Shown: positions 28,626-37,991, numbered from the stretch's first letter. The stretch: DNA of 64,000 bases from Candidatus Woesearchaeota archaeon (GCA_018302135.1 JAGWAE010000002.1:11803-75802); one strand, 5' to 3'. A program made the numbers and translations. The notes: generated by a model from the letters alone, not told the origin.

Positions 28626-29072
28626 ATGGTAGATAGAGAAGATATCCAAAAAGCAGTAGAAGAATTAGATATTGCTAGAACAAATTTAGTTGGATTATAT
28701 TTAACTATAATCGGAAAAAATTATGAAGATTTGGATATTAGCCAAAAAAATTCTGTGCTTAATGGTTTAGAGAATATTGTAAGATCGATGGGAAATGAAG
28801 ATTTTACTGAAAAATTAATGGATACTCCAGAAACACGATCTAGAAGATTGAATTTAGCTTTTAATCGAAAAATTGCAGTTAGAGCTAGAGAAATTAAAGG
28901 ATTGACTAGAAAAGGGTTGGCCGATGAATTAGGATTTGATAGGGCAGGATACATTAGATTGAGTAAGTATGAAACTGGTGAAGCGAGACCAAGTAATCCT
29001 CCGAGAGGAGAAGTAGCAAAAATATATATACATTGGTTGAAGGAACATGGATATGATCCTTACAAATTATAA
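28626..29072 (+). CDS. XRE-type helix-turn-helix protein
   Basis: AREIKGLTRKGLADELG......LSKYETGEARP. Confidence 0.7.
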   Translation: MVDREDIQKAVEELDIARTNLVGLYLTIIGKNYEDLDISQKNSVLNGLENIVRSMGNEDFTEKLMDTPETRSRRLNLAFNRKIAVRAREIKGLTRKGLADELGFDRAGYIRLSKYETGEARPSNPPRGEVAKIYIHWLKEHGYDPYKL

Positions 29073-29075
29073 AAT

Positions 29076-29450
29076 TTAATTTTTCTTTTTCTTCCAGTTT
29101 ATAATAAATAATATTCCTATAATAAATGCAATTCCGGAAATTTGTATAGCCCAAGACAGCATATACCATTCAAACTGATTTTTCAAAGCATTCATAACAA
29201 TTAGAAAGATATATACTAGCCCAGCTAAAATGAAAGCAATCCCTCCTACTATTTCACGTTTCCAAGATATTAATATTACGATTAATAGAATAAATGCTGG
29301 AATGTTATGTATTAGTAAAGCTCCAATTGTTTGCCAGAAAGTTAGTTCTAACGAAAAGACATCTAAGGACATTAAAAATAGGAAAAATACGAATATAATT
29401 GATAATATTCTTGGTGTCCAGTACACAAATTTGCTAACTTTTCTTTTCAT
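29076..29450 (-). CDS. Four-helix membrane protein
   Basis: WTPRILSI..SLDVF...LLIHNIPA with hydrophobic helices. Confidence 0.75.
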   Translation of the reverse strand: MKRKVSKFVYWTPRILSIIFVFFLFLMSLDVFSLELTFWQTIGALLIHNIPAFILLIVILISWKREIVGGIAFILAGLVYIFLIVMNALKNQFEWYMLSWAIQISGIAFIIGILFIINWKKKKN

Positions 29451-29529
29451 AATTAAAAGTTAAATTGTGAGTATTTAAAATATTTGATTTATAAAAAGAT
29501 TTAAAAATCAATTAAGTACACTTTTTGCT

Positions 29530-30537
29530 ATGGAAGCTAAGTTTATTTTAAACAAAAGGAAAGCAATTGAACAGTTAGAAATAGTTAAAGAACTAGCAGA
29601 TGAAGTTTCTTATAGTTTTAAAACTAATAACGAAGTTGGAAAAATTTTAGAAGGAAAATGCTTGTTTAGTGTACATAGTTTTGAGGATTTAAGTTTGATA
29701 AAAGATAAGTCAAAAGTTTGGTACTTTCCACAAGCTTGGAATAAAGAGTTAGTAACAGAAATATTAAAAGAAGAGGTGAATAGTTTTGTTATTGATAATG
29801 AAAATGATTTGAAAGTTTTATTAGAGAATACAAATAAAGAAATTAATTTATTATTAAGAATGAAATTAAAGGAACATACTATCCATACTGGAAAATATTT
29901 TGTTTTTGGATTTAATAGTGAAAAAATAAATAAATTATTGCCAGAATTAAGAAGAAATAAAAAAATAAAAAAGTTAGGAATACATTTTCATAGAAAAACG
30001 CAAAATGTGAGTGAATGGTCACTAAAAGAAGAATTTATTGATAATATATCAAATGAAAATTTAAAAAATATAGACTTAATAAATATTGGTGGCGGATTGC
30101 CTGCTGAATATAAAAATTATAGAAAGGAAGTTATTAACAATATATTTTTCAAGATTAGTGAATTAAGAAAATTTTTGAATTCTAAAAATATTAAAATGGC
30201 TATTGAGCCGGGAAGATTTATTGCTGCCCCTGCTGTAAAATTAGAATGTGAAATAATAAGTGTATATGATAATAATATAACTGTGAACTGTTCAGTTTAT
30301 AATTCTGATATGGATGTTTTTGTTGCAAATGTTAGGTTATTAGTTGAAAATGAATTAGAAAAAGGGGAAGGTTATACAATAAAAGGGTGTACTCCAGATT
30401 CTATGGACATATTTAGATATAATGTTTTTTTGAAAAAACCAAAAGCCGGGGATAAGATAGTTTTCCTAAACGCTGGCGCTTATAATTTTTCTAGTAACTA
30501 TTTTAATTTACCAAAGATTAAAACTGTTGTTGAATAA
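29530..30537 (+). CDS. Fold-type III PLP decarboxylase (ornithine/arginine/DAP decarboxylase family)
   Basis: YSFKTN (PLP Lys), GIHFH, NIGGG, EPGRF, GCTPDSMD and NAGAY. Confidence 0.85.
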   Translation: MEAKFILNKRKAIEQLEIVKELADEVSYSFKTNNEVGKILEGKCLFSVHSFEDLSLIKDKSKVWYFPQAWNKELVTEILKEEVNSFVIDNENDLKVLLENTNKEINLLLRMKLKEHTIHTGKYFVFGFNSEKINKLLPELRRNKKIKKLGIHFHRKTQNVSEWSLKEEFIDNISNENLKNIDLINIGGGLPAEYKNYRKEVINNIFFKISELRKFLNSKNIKMAIEPGRFIAAPAVKLECEIISVYDNNITVNCSVYNSDMDVFVANVRLLVENELEKGEGYTIKGCTPDSMDIFRYNVFLKKPKAGDKIVFLNAGAYNFSSNYFNLPKIKTVVE

Positions 30538-30567
30538 ATTTATAAATAACTTATACTTTGTTTGAGT

Positions 30568-31965
30568 ATGGATTATGAAAAAATTCAGTTTAAGGCTGGT
30601 TTGGAAATACATCAACAGTTAGAAACACATAAATTATTTTGCAATTGTCCTTCTGAATTAAAAGATGAACCCCATGAGATATTAATCAAAAGAAGATTAA
30701 GAGCAGTTCCTGGTGAAGAAGGTGAAGTTGATGTTGCGGCGGAATATGAAAGCCTAAAAAATAAAGAATTTATTTATGAAGGATATAAAGATAGTTCGTG
30801 TCTTGTTGAATTTGATGAAGAACCTCCACATAATATAAATCAAGATGCTTTAGATATTGTTTTGCAGATTTGTAAAATGTTAAATTGTAAAATTGTTGAT
30901 GAAATACAAGTAATGAGAAAAATTGTTGTTGATGGATCAAATACTTCAGGTTTTCAGAGAACCATGTTAGTGGGTTATGATGGAAAATTAGAAACTAGTA
31001 AAGGAATTGTAAAAGTTGATAGTGTTTGTTTAGAGGAAGATTCTGCAAGAAAAATTGCAAAAAATGATAATTCTATTATTTATAGATTAGATAGATTAGG
31101 AATCCCATTAATAGAAATTGGAACTAAACCAGATATAAAAAATCCAGAGCATTGCAAAGAAACAGCTGAATTAATTGGAATGATATTGAGAAGCACGGGA
31201 AAAGTTAAAAGAGGATTAGGTACAATAAGGCAAGATGTTAATGTTTCTATTAAAAATGGAGCAAGAGTTGAAATAAAAGGTTTTCAAGATTTGAGAAATA
31301 TGCCTAAAATTATTGAGTATGAAATTGAAAGACAATTAAAGGAAATTGTGAAGCAAGAAGTTAGAAAGGCTAATAGTGATGGAACTACTTCTTTTTTAAG
31401 ACCTATACCTGGTGCAGGAAGAATGTATCCAGAAACAGATGTAAAACCAATAATTATTGATAATAAACGATTAGATAAAATTAAATTACCGGAATTAATA
31501 GATGAAAAAATATTAAGATATGAAAAACAAGGATTGAGCTCTGAGTTAGCTAGAAGTTTCGTTAAATCTGGGTTTGAATTAGAAGATTATGATTATAAAT
31601 TAGATAAAACTTTGATAGCTAGTGTTTTAGTTGAAGTTCCTAAAGATTTGAAAGCTAGATATAATATTGAATATGAATTCAAAGAGAAAGATTATAGATT
31701 TGTTTTAGATGCTTTAGAGAAAGATAAAATAAGTAAAAGCGCAGTTACTGAGATTATGTTAGAAATTGCCCAAGACAAAAAAATCGAGTTGAATAAATTT
31801 GAAAAAGTTAATGAAAACAAGCTAGAGGAAGAAATCAAAAAAATTGTTCATGAGAATAAAAATTTGAGTGATGGTGCATTAATGGGGATTATAATGAAAA
31901 GGTTTAAGAATACAGCAGACGGTAAATTAATAGCATCAATTTTGGCGAAATATAAAAATGGATAA
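30568..31965 (+). CDS. gatE: Glu-tRNA(Gln) amidotransferase subunit E (short form)
   Basis: GLEIHQQL, MRKIVVDGSNTSGFQRT, RLDRLGIPLIEI, RGLGTIRQDVNVSI and RMYPETD. Confidence 0.95.
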   Translation: MDYEKIQFKAGLEIHQQLETHKLFCNCPSELKDEPHEILIKRRLRAVPGEEGEVDVAAEYESLKNKEFIYEGYKDSSCLVEFDEEPPHNINQDALDIVLQICKMLNCKIVDEIQVMRKIVVDGSNTSGFQRTMLVGYDGKLETSKGIVKVDSVCLEEDSARKIAKNDNSIIYRLDRLGIPLIEIGTKPDIKNPEHCKETAELIGMILRSTGKVKRGLGTIRQDVNVSIKNGARVEIKGFQDLRNMPKIIEYEIERQLKEIVKQEVRKANSDGTTSFLRPIPGAGRMYPETDVKPIIIDNKRLDKIKLPELIDEKILRYEKQGLSSELARSFVKSGFELEDYDYKLDKTLIASVLVEVPKDLKARYNIEYEFKEKDYRFVLDALEKDKISKSAVTEIMLEIAQDKKIELNKFEKVNENKLEEEIKKIVHENKNLSDGALMGIIMKRFKNTADGKLIASILAKYKNG

Positions 31966-32224
31966 AGAACATTTAAATTATGTTATCGATATGGGTTTGC
32001 TGATATCTTTCTTGATTGTGATTGTAACGGGTATAATAAAATTTCGTGCGTTAATGAATATTTTTGGTTTGGATTATAGCAGTCTACCGATGAAATTATT
32101 TAGTGTATGGCATGATTGGGCTGGATTAGTAATGGTTGTTTTAGTCTTAGTACATTTAATACTGCATTGGAGATGGATTGTTATTGTTACTAAAGATATT
32201 TTTAAAAGTAAAAAGAAAAGGTAA
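31958..32224 (+). CDS. DUF4405-like membrane protein
   Basis: TG..K, HDWAG......LVHLILHW.WI. Confidence 0.8.
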   Translation: MDKEHLNYVIDMGLLISFLIVIVTGIIKFRALMNIFGLDYSSLPMKLFSVWHDWAGLVMVVLVLVHLILHWRWIVIVTKDIFKSKKKR

Positions 32225-32299
32225 ATATTTTCTAATTTTTGAAAAACGAAAAATTTATAAATAGTTATGAATATATATTCATAATCAATTAGGAGGTAA

Positions 32300-32452
32300 A
32301 TGAAAATGCCGAATAGAGATGGAACTGGACCCGGAGGTAAGGGATCAAGAACTGGAAGACAGATGGGCAAATGTGAGGGTGCTAATCCTGGACCAGGTTG
32401 TAGTAGGTTAAGTAGTGGTAGAGGAAGATTTAGGAATAGACAAAATGCCTAG
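32300..32452 (+). CDS. DUF5320-family small Gly/Arg-rich protein
   Basis: Hand translation MKMPNRDGTGPGGKGSRTGRQMGKCEG.... AGGAGGT SD. Adjacent to DUF134, as is usual for this family. Confidence 0.8.
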   Translation: MKMPNRDGTGPGGKGSRTGRQMGKCEGANPGPGCSRLSSGRGRFRNRQNA

Positions 32453-32744
32453 ACCATGTATGAGAAGAAGAGTGAGAGGAAGACCTAACTCTTATTATTT
32501 TAAGCCGGCGGGAGTTAGAATGATTGAATTAGAGGAAATTATCTTAGAAATGGATGAGTTTGAAGCTTTAAGGCTAAAGGATTTTGAACAGTTAGAACAA
32601 GAATCTGCTGCCGAAAAAATGAGAATCTCTCAACCTACTTTTCATAGAATATTATTGTCTGCTAGAAAAAAAGTTTCTGATGCAATAATCAATGGGAAAG
32701 CTATAAAAATAGACGGATCTAGTATTAAAAAAAATGAAAACTAA
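32445..32744 (+). CDS. DUF134 family DNA-binding protein
   Basis: MPRP...R, YFKPAG, DEFEALRLKD, M.ISQPTFHRIL.SARKKV.DA...GKAI.I. Confidence 0.9.
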   Translation: MPRPCMRRRVRGRPNSYYFKPAGVRMIELEEIILEMDEFEALRLKDFEQLEQESAAEKMRISQPTFHRILLSARKKVSDAIINGKAIKIDGSSIKKNEN

Positions 32745-32907
32745 TAAATTAATCATTTCAGTCTTAATATTAGGTTATTTAGTATTATTATTCTTTCCTA
32801 ACCCAGAAGATAACTTTATTGCTTATTTTTCAATTATGCTGTTATTTATAGCAATTATTATATTCTTATTAAAAAAAAGAAAGAAAAAATTAAGACCAGT
32901 CAAATAG
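32734..32907 (+). CDS. Small two-helix membrane protein
   Basis: Hand translation MKTNKLIISVLILGYLVLLFFPNPEDNFIAYFSIMLLFIAIIIFLLKKRKKKLRPVK*. Confidence 0.5.
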   Translation: MKTNKLIISVLILGYLVLLFFPNPEDNFIAYFSIMLLFIAIIIFLLKKRKKKLRPVK

Positions 32908-33549
32908 GCCTTTAGATTTCTTTTCTTGTTGAGCTAGCTCTTTAAGTCTTGTTTGTTCTTGAGTCATTAATTGTATTTGCTCTTGCATTAAATCTTTAAC
33001 TTCTTGATCACATTGACATTCAGTTCTTAATTGAGTTAGTTGTTGTATTCTCAATTGATTTTGTTCTACTTCAGATTCTAATTCTGTTGCTGTAGTTTCA
33101 TCTCCACCTGCGAAGAATCTAGCAAGTCCAGACCTTGTTTGTATTTTTTCTTCTGCTCTTATTGTAGACATTACTGAATTGTTAAATTGTCTAGCTATTG
33201 CTGAAACATTTTTTCCGATTCCACCAGTCATGTTTTCCATTGATAATAATGCATGGACTGCTAATCTAACTTGATTTTGGTTTTGATATACTTTTTGTTG
33301 TTTTTCATTTAAACCAGACATTTCTTGATTCATTGTTTGTTGTCTTTCCTGCATCATTGATCTAACTTCATTTGTATTTCTAAATTGTATAACATCGCCT
33401 GCATTGTTTGTTTGCTCATTGGTTGAGATAACATTGTTGCCTACTTCATCATCTTGATTTGAATTGGTTTGTGAATTGTCGGAGCCTTGAGCGGCAAAAA
33501 CAAAACTGGAAACTAACAAAATCAATACTAAAAATATTGCTTTATTCAT
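32890..33549 (-). CDS. Secreted Gln-rich coiled-coil protein
   Basis: Signal peptide, GGAGGTG SD and Q/E-rich helical body. Confidence 0.75.
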   Translation of the reverse strand: MNKAIFLVLILLVSSFVFAAQGSDNSQTNSNQDDEVGNNVISTNEQTNNAGDVIQFRNTNEVRSMMQERQQTMNQEMSGLNEKQQKVYQNQNQVRLAVHALLSMENMTGGIGKNVSAIARQFNNSVMSTIRAEEKIQTRSGLARFFAGGDETTATELESEVEQNQLRIQQLTQLRTECQCDQEVKDLMQEQIQLMTQEQTRLKELAQQEKKSKGLFDWS

Positions 33550-33613
33550 AAAACGACACCTCCTTATATCTATAAAATTAGATATTATATATATAAATCT
33601 TACGTTAAATGTT

Positions 33614-33787
33614 TTAATTATTTAAAATTTTTTTGAACTCTTCTTCATTCATTAAATTTTCATCTTTTAATTTTTGTGCAATAATTAAATTTAATTCTTT
33701 ATCTATAGTGGAGTCTACGAGATTTACGTAAACCATAAATCTTAACAACAATTCTTTGTCTATCTTTTTTATTACTTCTTTTTTCAT
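33614..33787 (-). CDS. 57-aa hypothetical protein
   Basis: Hand translation MKKEVIKKIDKELLLRFMVYVNLVDSTIDKELNLIIAQKLKDENLMNEEEFKKILNN*. Starts 3 nt after the pmbA stop. Confidence 0.5.
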   Translation of the reverse strand: MKKEVIKKIDKELLLRFMVYVNLVDSTIDKELNLIIAQKLKDENLMNEEEFKKILNN

Positions 33788-33790
33788 TTT

Positions 33791-35089
33791 TTAGTTCGTT
33801 GGTTTTGTAATATTAACTTCTTTTATTAATATTGGGGCCATTATACATGGCGTATCTGCTTCCCAACTAGTTATTTGTTCTTTTTCTTTACCAAATAGTC
33901 TTATGTTTTTGAGTAAATTTAAAATATTATCTGAGACTCTTAAATTTTTAACGGGTTCTGAAATAACTCCATTTTTTATTAAAAACATTCCATCTCTAGG
34001 TATTGTTGAAAAATCACCAGTTGTATAATTTTGAAATCTTGTGTACCATGTGTTTGTTATGTATAATCCATTTTTTACATCAAAAACATTACCTTTTTCT
34101 CCATCTAAGACTAAATTGTGTGGATGAGGAGATATAATCCCTGCATTTCCTGTAGATTTAGTTTTATATCTTTGAGCAGAAGAGTTATTATGTAAATAAG
34201 TTTTTAAAATTCCATTCTGAGTTATATTTGTTTTTTGTGTTGGATATCCTTCTGAATCAAATTTTAAGGAACCTGCTCCGTTTTCTAAATTACCATCATC
34301 TATTAATTCAAAATCTCCGAGTTTTTTTCCTAATTTATCTTGAAAGAAAGACATTCCAGATTCAACATTAAATATTGAAGTCGCCGAACCAATATTTTCT
34401 AAAATTGGCGCAAATGCTAAAGGTGAAAATATAACATCATATTTGCCAGCAATTCCTTCTTTTGGATTTAATGATAGTTTTGCTATTTCTCCTGCTTCTT
34501 TTCCAATTTGTTCTGGATTAAACTTAGATAAAACTCTTGAAGTAGCTGTTTTATGGCCCGAGGCTTCTTTTGTTTTTAATGCTCTTACAGATAAATATAA
34601 ACTTGAAGATTTGTCTTCTTGTTTTATTCCTGTAGATGTTAATATTGATAATTTACCATAAGATTTTTCGAAAGTTCCTGAAACTCTTGAAGAATTTTTT
34701 AATGCTGCGTTAATAGTTGATTCTACAACATCAACTTCATCCAAATTTTCAACTTTTGGATCATAAATATCTTTTATTTCTTTGTATGTATATTTATTTT
34801 CTGGTATGTTTACAAAGTTTTTATTTGGTTGTGAATATTGCAGAAAGTTTTTTAATTTTGAAATTGTCTTTTTTATAGATTCCTCATCAAATTCTTTTAT
34901 TGAAGTCATTACTATTCTTTTATCTTTTGAAACAAAAACTTCAACACTAGATGTTGATTCAATACCTGTTTTTACAATTTTATTGTTTACAAACTTGACC
35001 ATTGATTCGTTTATTGAGAATTTCTTCAAAATGATAGTATCAACTTTTTCTTTTAATAACAATTCTTTTATTCTTTCTAAGTCTTGCAT
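33791..35089 (-). CDS. TldE/PmbA family protein
   Basis: FDSEGYP, STGNAG, TNTWYTRFQNY.TGDFST.PRDG. Confidence 0.88.
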   Translation of the reverse strand: MQDLERIKELLLKEKVDTIILKKFSINESMVKFVNNKIVKTGIESTSSVEVFVSKDKRIVMTSIKEFDEESIKKTISKLKNFLQYSQPNKNFVNIPENKYTYKEIKDIYDPKVENLDEVDVVESTINAALKNSSRVSGTFEKSYGKLSILTSTGIKQEDKSSSLYLSVRALKTKEASGHKTATSRVLSKFNPEQIGKEAGEIAKLSLNPKEGIAGKYDVIFSPLAFAPILENIGSATSIFNVESGMSFFQDKLGKKLGDFELIDDGNLENGAGSLKFDSEGYPTQKTNITQNGILKTYLHNNSSAQRYKTKSTGNAGIISPHPHNLVLDGEKGNVFDVKNGLYITNTWYTRFQNYTTGDFSTIPRDGMFLIKNGVISEPVKNLRVSDNILNLLKNIRLFGKEKEQITSWEADTPCIMAPILIKEVNITKPTN

Positions 35090-35092
35090 GTT

Positions 35093-35389
35093 TTAACCTT
35101 CTCTTAATTCTCTTAAATATCTTTCCTTTTCTGCTTCATCTTCTCCGAAGTAATAATCAACACCATCTAACATCATTGCCCCAATCAGTTCATCTTCTAA
35201 ATCGTTTATATGTACTTTGCACATACTTGCCCTTTCTGGTCTCATGCTATCTATAGTACTCGCTAAATCATGTTTATATGTATTTAACCAAAAATTTGCT
35301 ATATCAAAATCTCCATTTGCAATGCTCATGTAAATTAATTGAGCATAATGGGTTTCATATATTTCTAAGGGATCATTTTCAAGATGTTT
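35093..35389 (-). CDS. Hypothetical protein, probably missing its N-terminus
   Basis: Frame stays open upstream of the ATG at 35329 (KHLENDPLEIYETHYAQLIY) without a start codon. Confidence 0.5.
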   Translation of the reverse strand, partial: KHLENDPLEIYETHYAQLIYMSIANGDFDIANFWLNTYKHDLASTIDSMRPERASMCKVHINDLEDELIGAMMLDGVDYYFGEDEAEKERYLRELREG

Positions 35390-36137
35390 TTAATGGATAA
35401 TCTTCAATATCTTCTGAAATAGTTTTTTCTTGAATAGACCTACATTCATTTTTGGCAAAATCTATTAATTCATCATTTACTTCTAGATAATGTGGTTTAT
35501 GTTTTAAGAAGTCTATACCTACTATATTTGGTTTCTTTCCATGCTGTTCTTCGTATAATAATGCGTAGATGGCTAATTGTAATTTATACTCTTGCGTTAT
35601 TAGCTCTTTTGCAGAGGTTTTATAATCCATTAAGCTTACTTTGCCATCAATATTATGAACTGCATCAACAAATCCTTGTACTTGAAATTCTGGCGAAACA
35701 AAATGAACTTCAGTCATTGGTTTCAAAATAGAAAAGGCAGATTCAATTGACATTTCTTTTATCTTTGGGTTTAATTTTCTCAAAAAGTTACCATACCAAT
35801 TATTTAACATTTGAATAGATTCTTCATAATAAAAATCTAATTGTTCGGGAGTTAATTTTATTTTTCTTAACTCTTCAGAGAAATCCTGCCACTTCTGATT
35901 GAATAGACTGTTTAGAACTACTTTTAATTCAAACTCGTAATATTCTTCACTTATTTTTAATATGTCTATCTTAAAGAAATCTTCTAAAGCTAGATGAACT
36001 ATTTTACCTCTGGTTAAATGAATTGAAGGAACTTTTTTTTGTAATCCTAATATGTATTGATAATAATATTTTCTTGGACATTGTTTGAATGTATTAATAG
36101 AGCTAGGACTCTGTACACGTTGCACCATTATCGACAT
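35379..36137 (-). CDS. PD-(D/E)XK (RecB/Cas4-like) nuclease, C-terminal Cys cluster missing
   Basis: SPSSINTFKQCPRKYYYQY, G..VH..LE, GFVDAV...MDYKTS and QLAIYAL. Confidence 0.8.
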   Translation of the reverse strand: MSIMVQRVQSPSSINTFKQCPRKYYYQYILGLQKKVPSIHLTRGKIVHLALEDFFKIDILKISEEYYEFELKVVLNSLFNQKWQDFSEELRKIKLTPEQLDFYYEESIQMLNNWYGNFLRKLNPKIKEMSIESAFSILKPMTEVHFVSPEFQVQGFVDAVHNIDGKVSLMDYKTSAKELITQEYKLQLAIYALLYEEQHGKKPNIVGIDFLKHKPHYLEVNDELIDFAKNECRSIQEKTISEDIEDYPLKTS

Positions 36138-36251
36138 AAAAAAGTGGTTAAGTTTTAAAGTATATCTTAGTTTGAGTATATATTTTGGGTTATATGCTTA
36201 GAAAAGTTTTTAAATAGGAAAATCAAAATTTAGCTTAAATGGAGGGGGTTC

Positions 36252-36467
36252 TTGATGGTTAGAAAATCTAAAAAATCGTCTAAATTACTTAGTACTAGGA
36301 AGTATATGACTGTTAATAAAAGAGCTGGTTTAGTTTTTGCTGGAATAGTTTCATTAATCTTAGGTTGGATTTTGTGGGAAGGTGTGTTGACTATTGAACA
36401 ATCCATAGCTATACTATTGTATATTGCTGGTGCCTTGAAAATATTATGGGGACTATTTTGGAAATAA
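36252..36467 (+). CDS. Small membrane protein
   Basis: GGAGGG SD, basic N-terminus and two hydrophobic helices. Confidence 0.65.
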   Translation: MMVRKSKKSSKLLSTRKYMTVNKRAGLVFAGIVSLILGWILWEGVLTIEQSIAILLYIAGALKILWGLFWK

Positions 36468-36479
36468 GGGAGGTTAAAA

Positions 36480-36674
36480 ATGGCAGATAAAAAGAAAATG
36501 ATTGAAAGTTGTAGTTGTTGTCCAAGCAAGGGATTTTTTATGTTTAAAGGGATAGTTGCTATACTTTTAGGTTTAATATTATGGTTTGATTACTTAAGTT
36601 TTTCACAAGTAATCGCAATAACGTTTGTTTTATACGGAATAAAAAAGTTATTTTATGGATGTTGTAGCAAATAA
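36480..36674 (+). CDS. Small Cys-rich membrane protein
   Basis: GGAGGT SD and two helices. Resembles the upstream gene (GIV.ILLG.ILW). Confidence 0.65.
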   Translation: MADKKKMIESCSCCPSKGFFMFKGIVAILLGLILWFDYLSFSQVIAITFVLYGIKKLFYGCCSK

Positions 36675-37475
36675 TTATTTATTGCAAACTACATAAGATC
36701 CTTTTTCATTTCTATTTATTTTTTCAAAACCAGCTTTTTTTAATCTTAAGGTTATTTCTGATGTAAAATCTCGGCCACGTTTTATATGGTGCTGGGGGAT
36801 GTAATGATATAATATTCCATGTTTTTTTAAAACTCTATAAACTTCTTTATAATTATTTAATGAAAAGAAATTTCCTGAAGACCTTGGAGTACCGGCATCT
36901 AAGATTATATTGTCAAAACTTTCATTTTGAAATTTTTTAATTTCTTCTGATAAATCTCCAATTATCAACTCAATTTTTTTGTTTGTAAATAAATCTTGTG
37001 AATATGGATTGAATTTCGCTATTTCTATAACTGTTTTATCTATCTCAATTGTAGTTATTTTATCTGCAGTTTTTGCTAGTCCGATTGAAGTATAACCCAA
37101 ACCAGTTCCAGAATCTAAAATATTACCTTTTAATTTATCTTGAATTATTCTTTCTACAAATTCTTTTTTATGCATTGATGTGCCAGAGATTTGTAATATT
37201 GGATTTTTTGAAGTTGGAATTAATTTATATAAATTGTTATTAACAAAAAATTGAGCTTTCTGTAGATTATTTTTCATTAATATATAACAACATTTATCAT
37301 ATCTTTTTATTTTTGTTGTTATAATTCTTTTTCCTTCATAAATAATGCCCGTAGTTGTTAATTTAACTATAGTTTTTGTTAGGTTTAAATCTAAAGAAAC
37401 TTCTATTTCTTTTTTGTTATTCTCTATTGCTTCGTTAATTCTTTCTATTTCTCTAGAGTCTATGATTAAATTCAT
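36675..37475 (-). CDS. Archaeal SAM-dependent methyltransferase (COG2521-like)
   Basis: SLDLN, ISGTSMH, LDSGTGLGYT and IAKFNPYS. Confidence 0.8.
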   Translation of the reverse strand: MNLIIDSREIERINEAIENNKKEIEVSLDLNLTKTIVKLTTTGIIYEGKRIITTKIKRYDKCCYILMKNNLQKAQFFVNNNLYKLIPTSKNPILQISGTSMHKKEFVERIIQDKLKGNILDSGTGLGYTSIGLAKTADKITTIEIDKTVIEIAKFNPYSQDLFTNKKIELIIGDLSEEIKKFQNESFDNIILDAGTPRSSGNFFSLNNYKEVYRVLKKHGILYHYIPQHHIKRGRDFTSEITLRLKKAGFEKINRNEKGSYVVCNK

Positions 37476-37506
37476 AGTTATTTGAAGAAAAAGTTATTTA
37501 ATAAGC

Positions 37507-37842
37507 TTATGCTAAATTTCCAATGAAATAATTTTTGAGATTTTCTTTAGCTGAACTTGAGTGTTTACTAAACATCTGTGTTGCATCTTTACCACAGCCA
37601 TCAATTATTTTTTCATTTGGATGATCTGGAATATAATCTGTAACATCATAAACTTTACTTTCAATTGCTAACCAACAATCTTCTTTTGATTTGTGATTAG
37701 AAATATCTTGTATTGTGTATGAGGTTATTTCATTTGTAGTATTGTCTTCTATTTTTATTGGTTCTGAATTTATATTATCGGTACAACTGCTAATAAATAA
37801 TGTAAAAATTAATAAAATTGTTATTAAAAATATTTGTTTCAT
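37507..37842 (-). CDS. Cytochrome b5-like heme-binding lipoprotein
   Basis: Lipobox ISSC. H.S..DCW..I..KVYDVT.YI..HP...CGKDAT..F..HS. Confidence 0.88.
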   Translation of the reverse strand: MKQIFLITILLIFTLFISSCTDNINSEPIKIEDNTTNEITSYTIQDISNHKSKEDCWLAIESKVYDVTDYIPDHPNEKIIDGCGKDATQMFSKHSSSAKENLKNYFIGNLA

Positions 37843-37920
37843 TTGATTATTGTAAAAGTTTGATTTATAAATTTTGTGTAGAATAAATAGTTTTATAAAT
37901 TATGTTTTCCTTTTAATTTT

Positions 37921-37991
37921 AGAGCCCTGCTCCTTAAACTCTTAGAGAATCCTTATGGACTCTGTGACTAAGAGAGAATAAGTGGGGCTTC
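37921..37991 (+). ncRNA. Structured RNA candidate (long interrupted hairpin, H/ACA-like architecture)
   Basis: Stems AGCCCTGCT/AGTGGGGCT (two G-U), CTCTTAG/CTAAGAG and AGAATCC/GGACTCT. TTTATAAA box about 25 nt upstream. Confidence 0.55.

Noticed and set aside
35350-35381. Genome-wide TGA reassignment
   Set aside because: Conserved genes use TGG for Trp and have no internal TGA, and TGA ends several genes (for example nrdJ, aspS and the RHS protein).
35379-36137. Cas4-like nuclease as a sign of CRISPR-Cas
   Set aside because: There are no cas1/cas2 or effector genes and no repeat-spacer array anywhere in the window. Solo PD-(D/E)XK nucleases are common.
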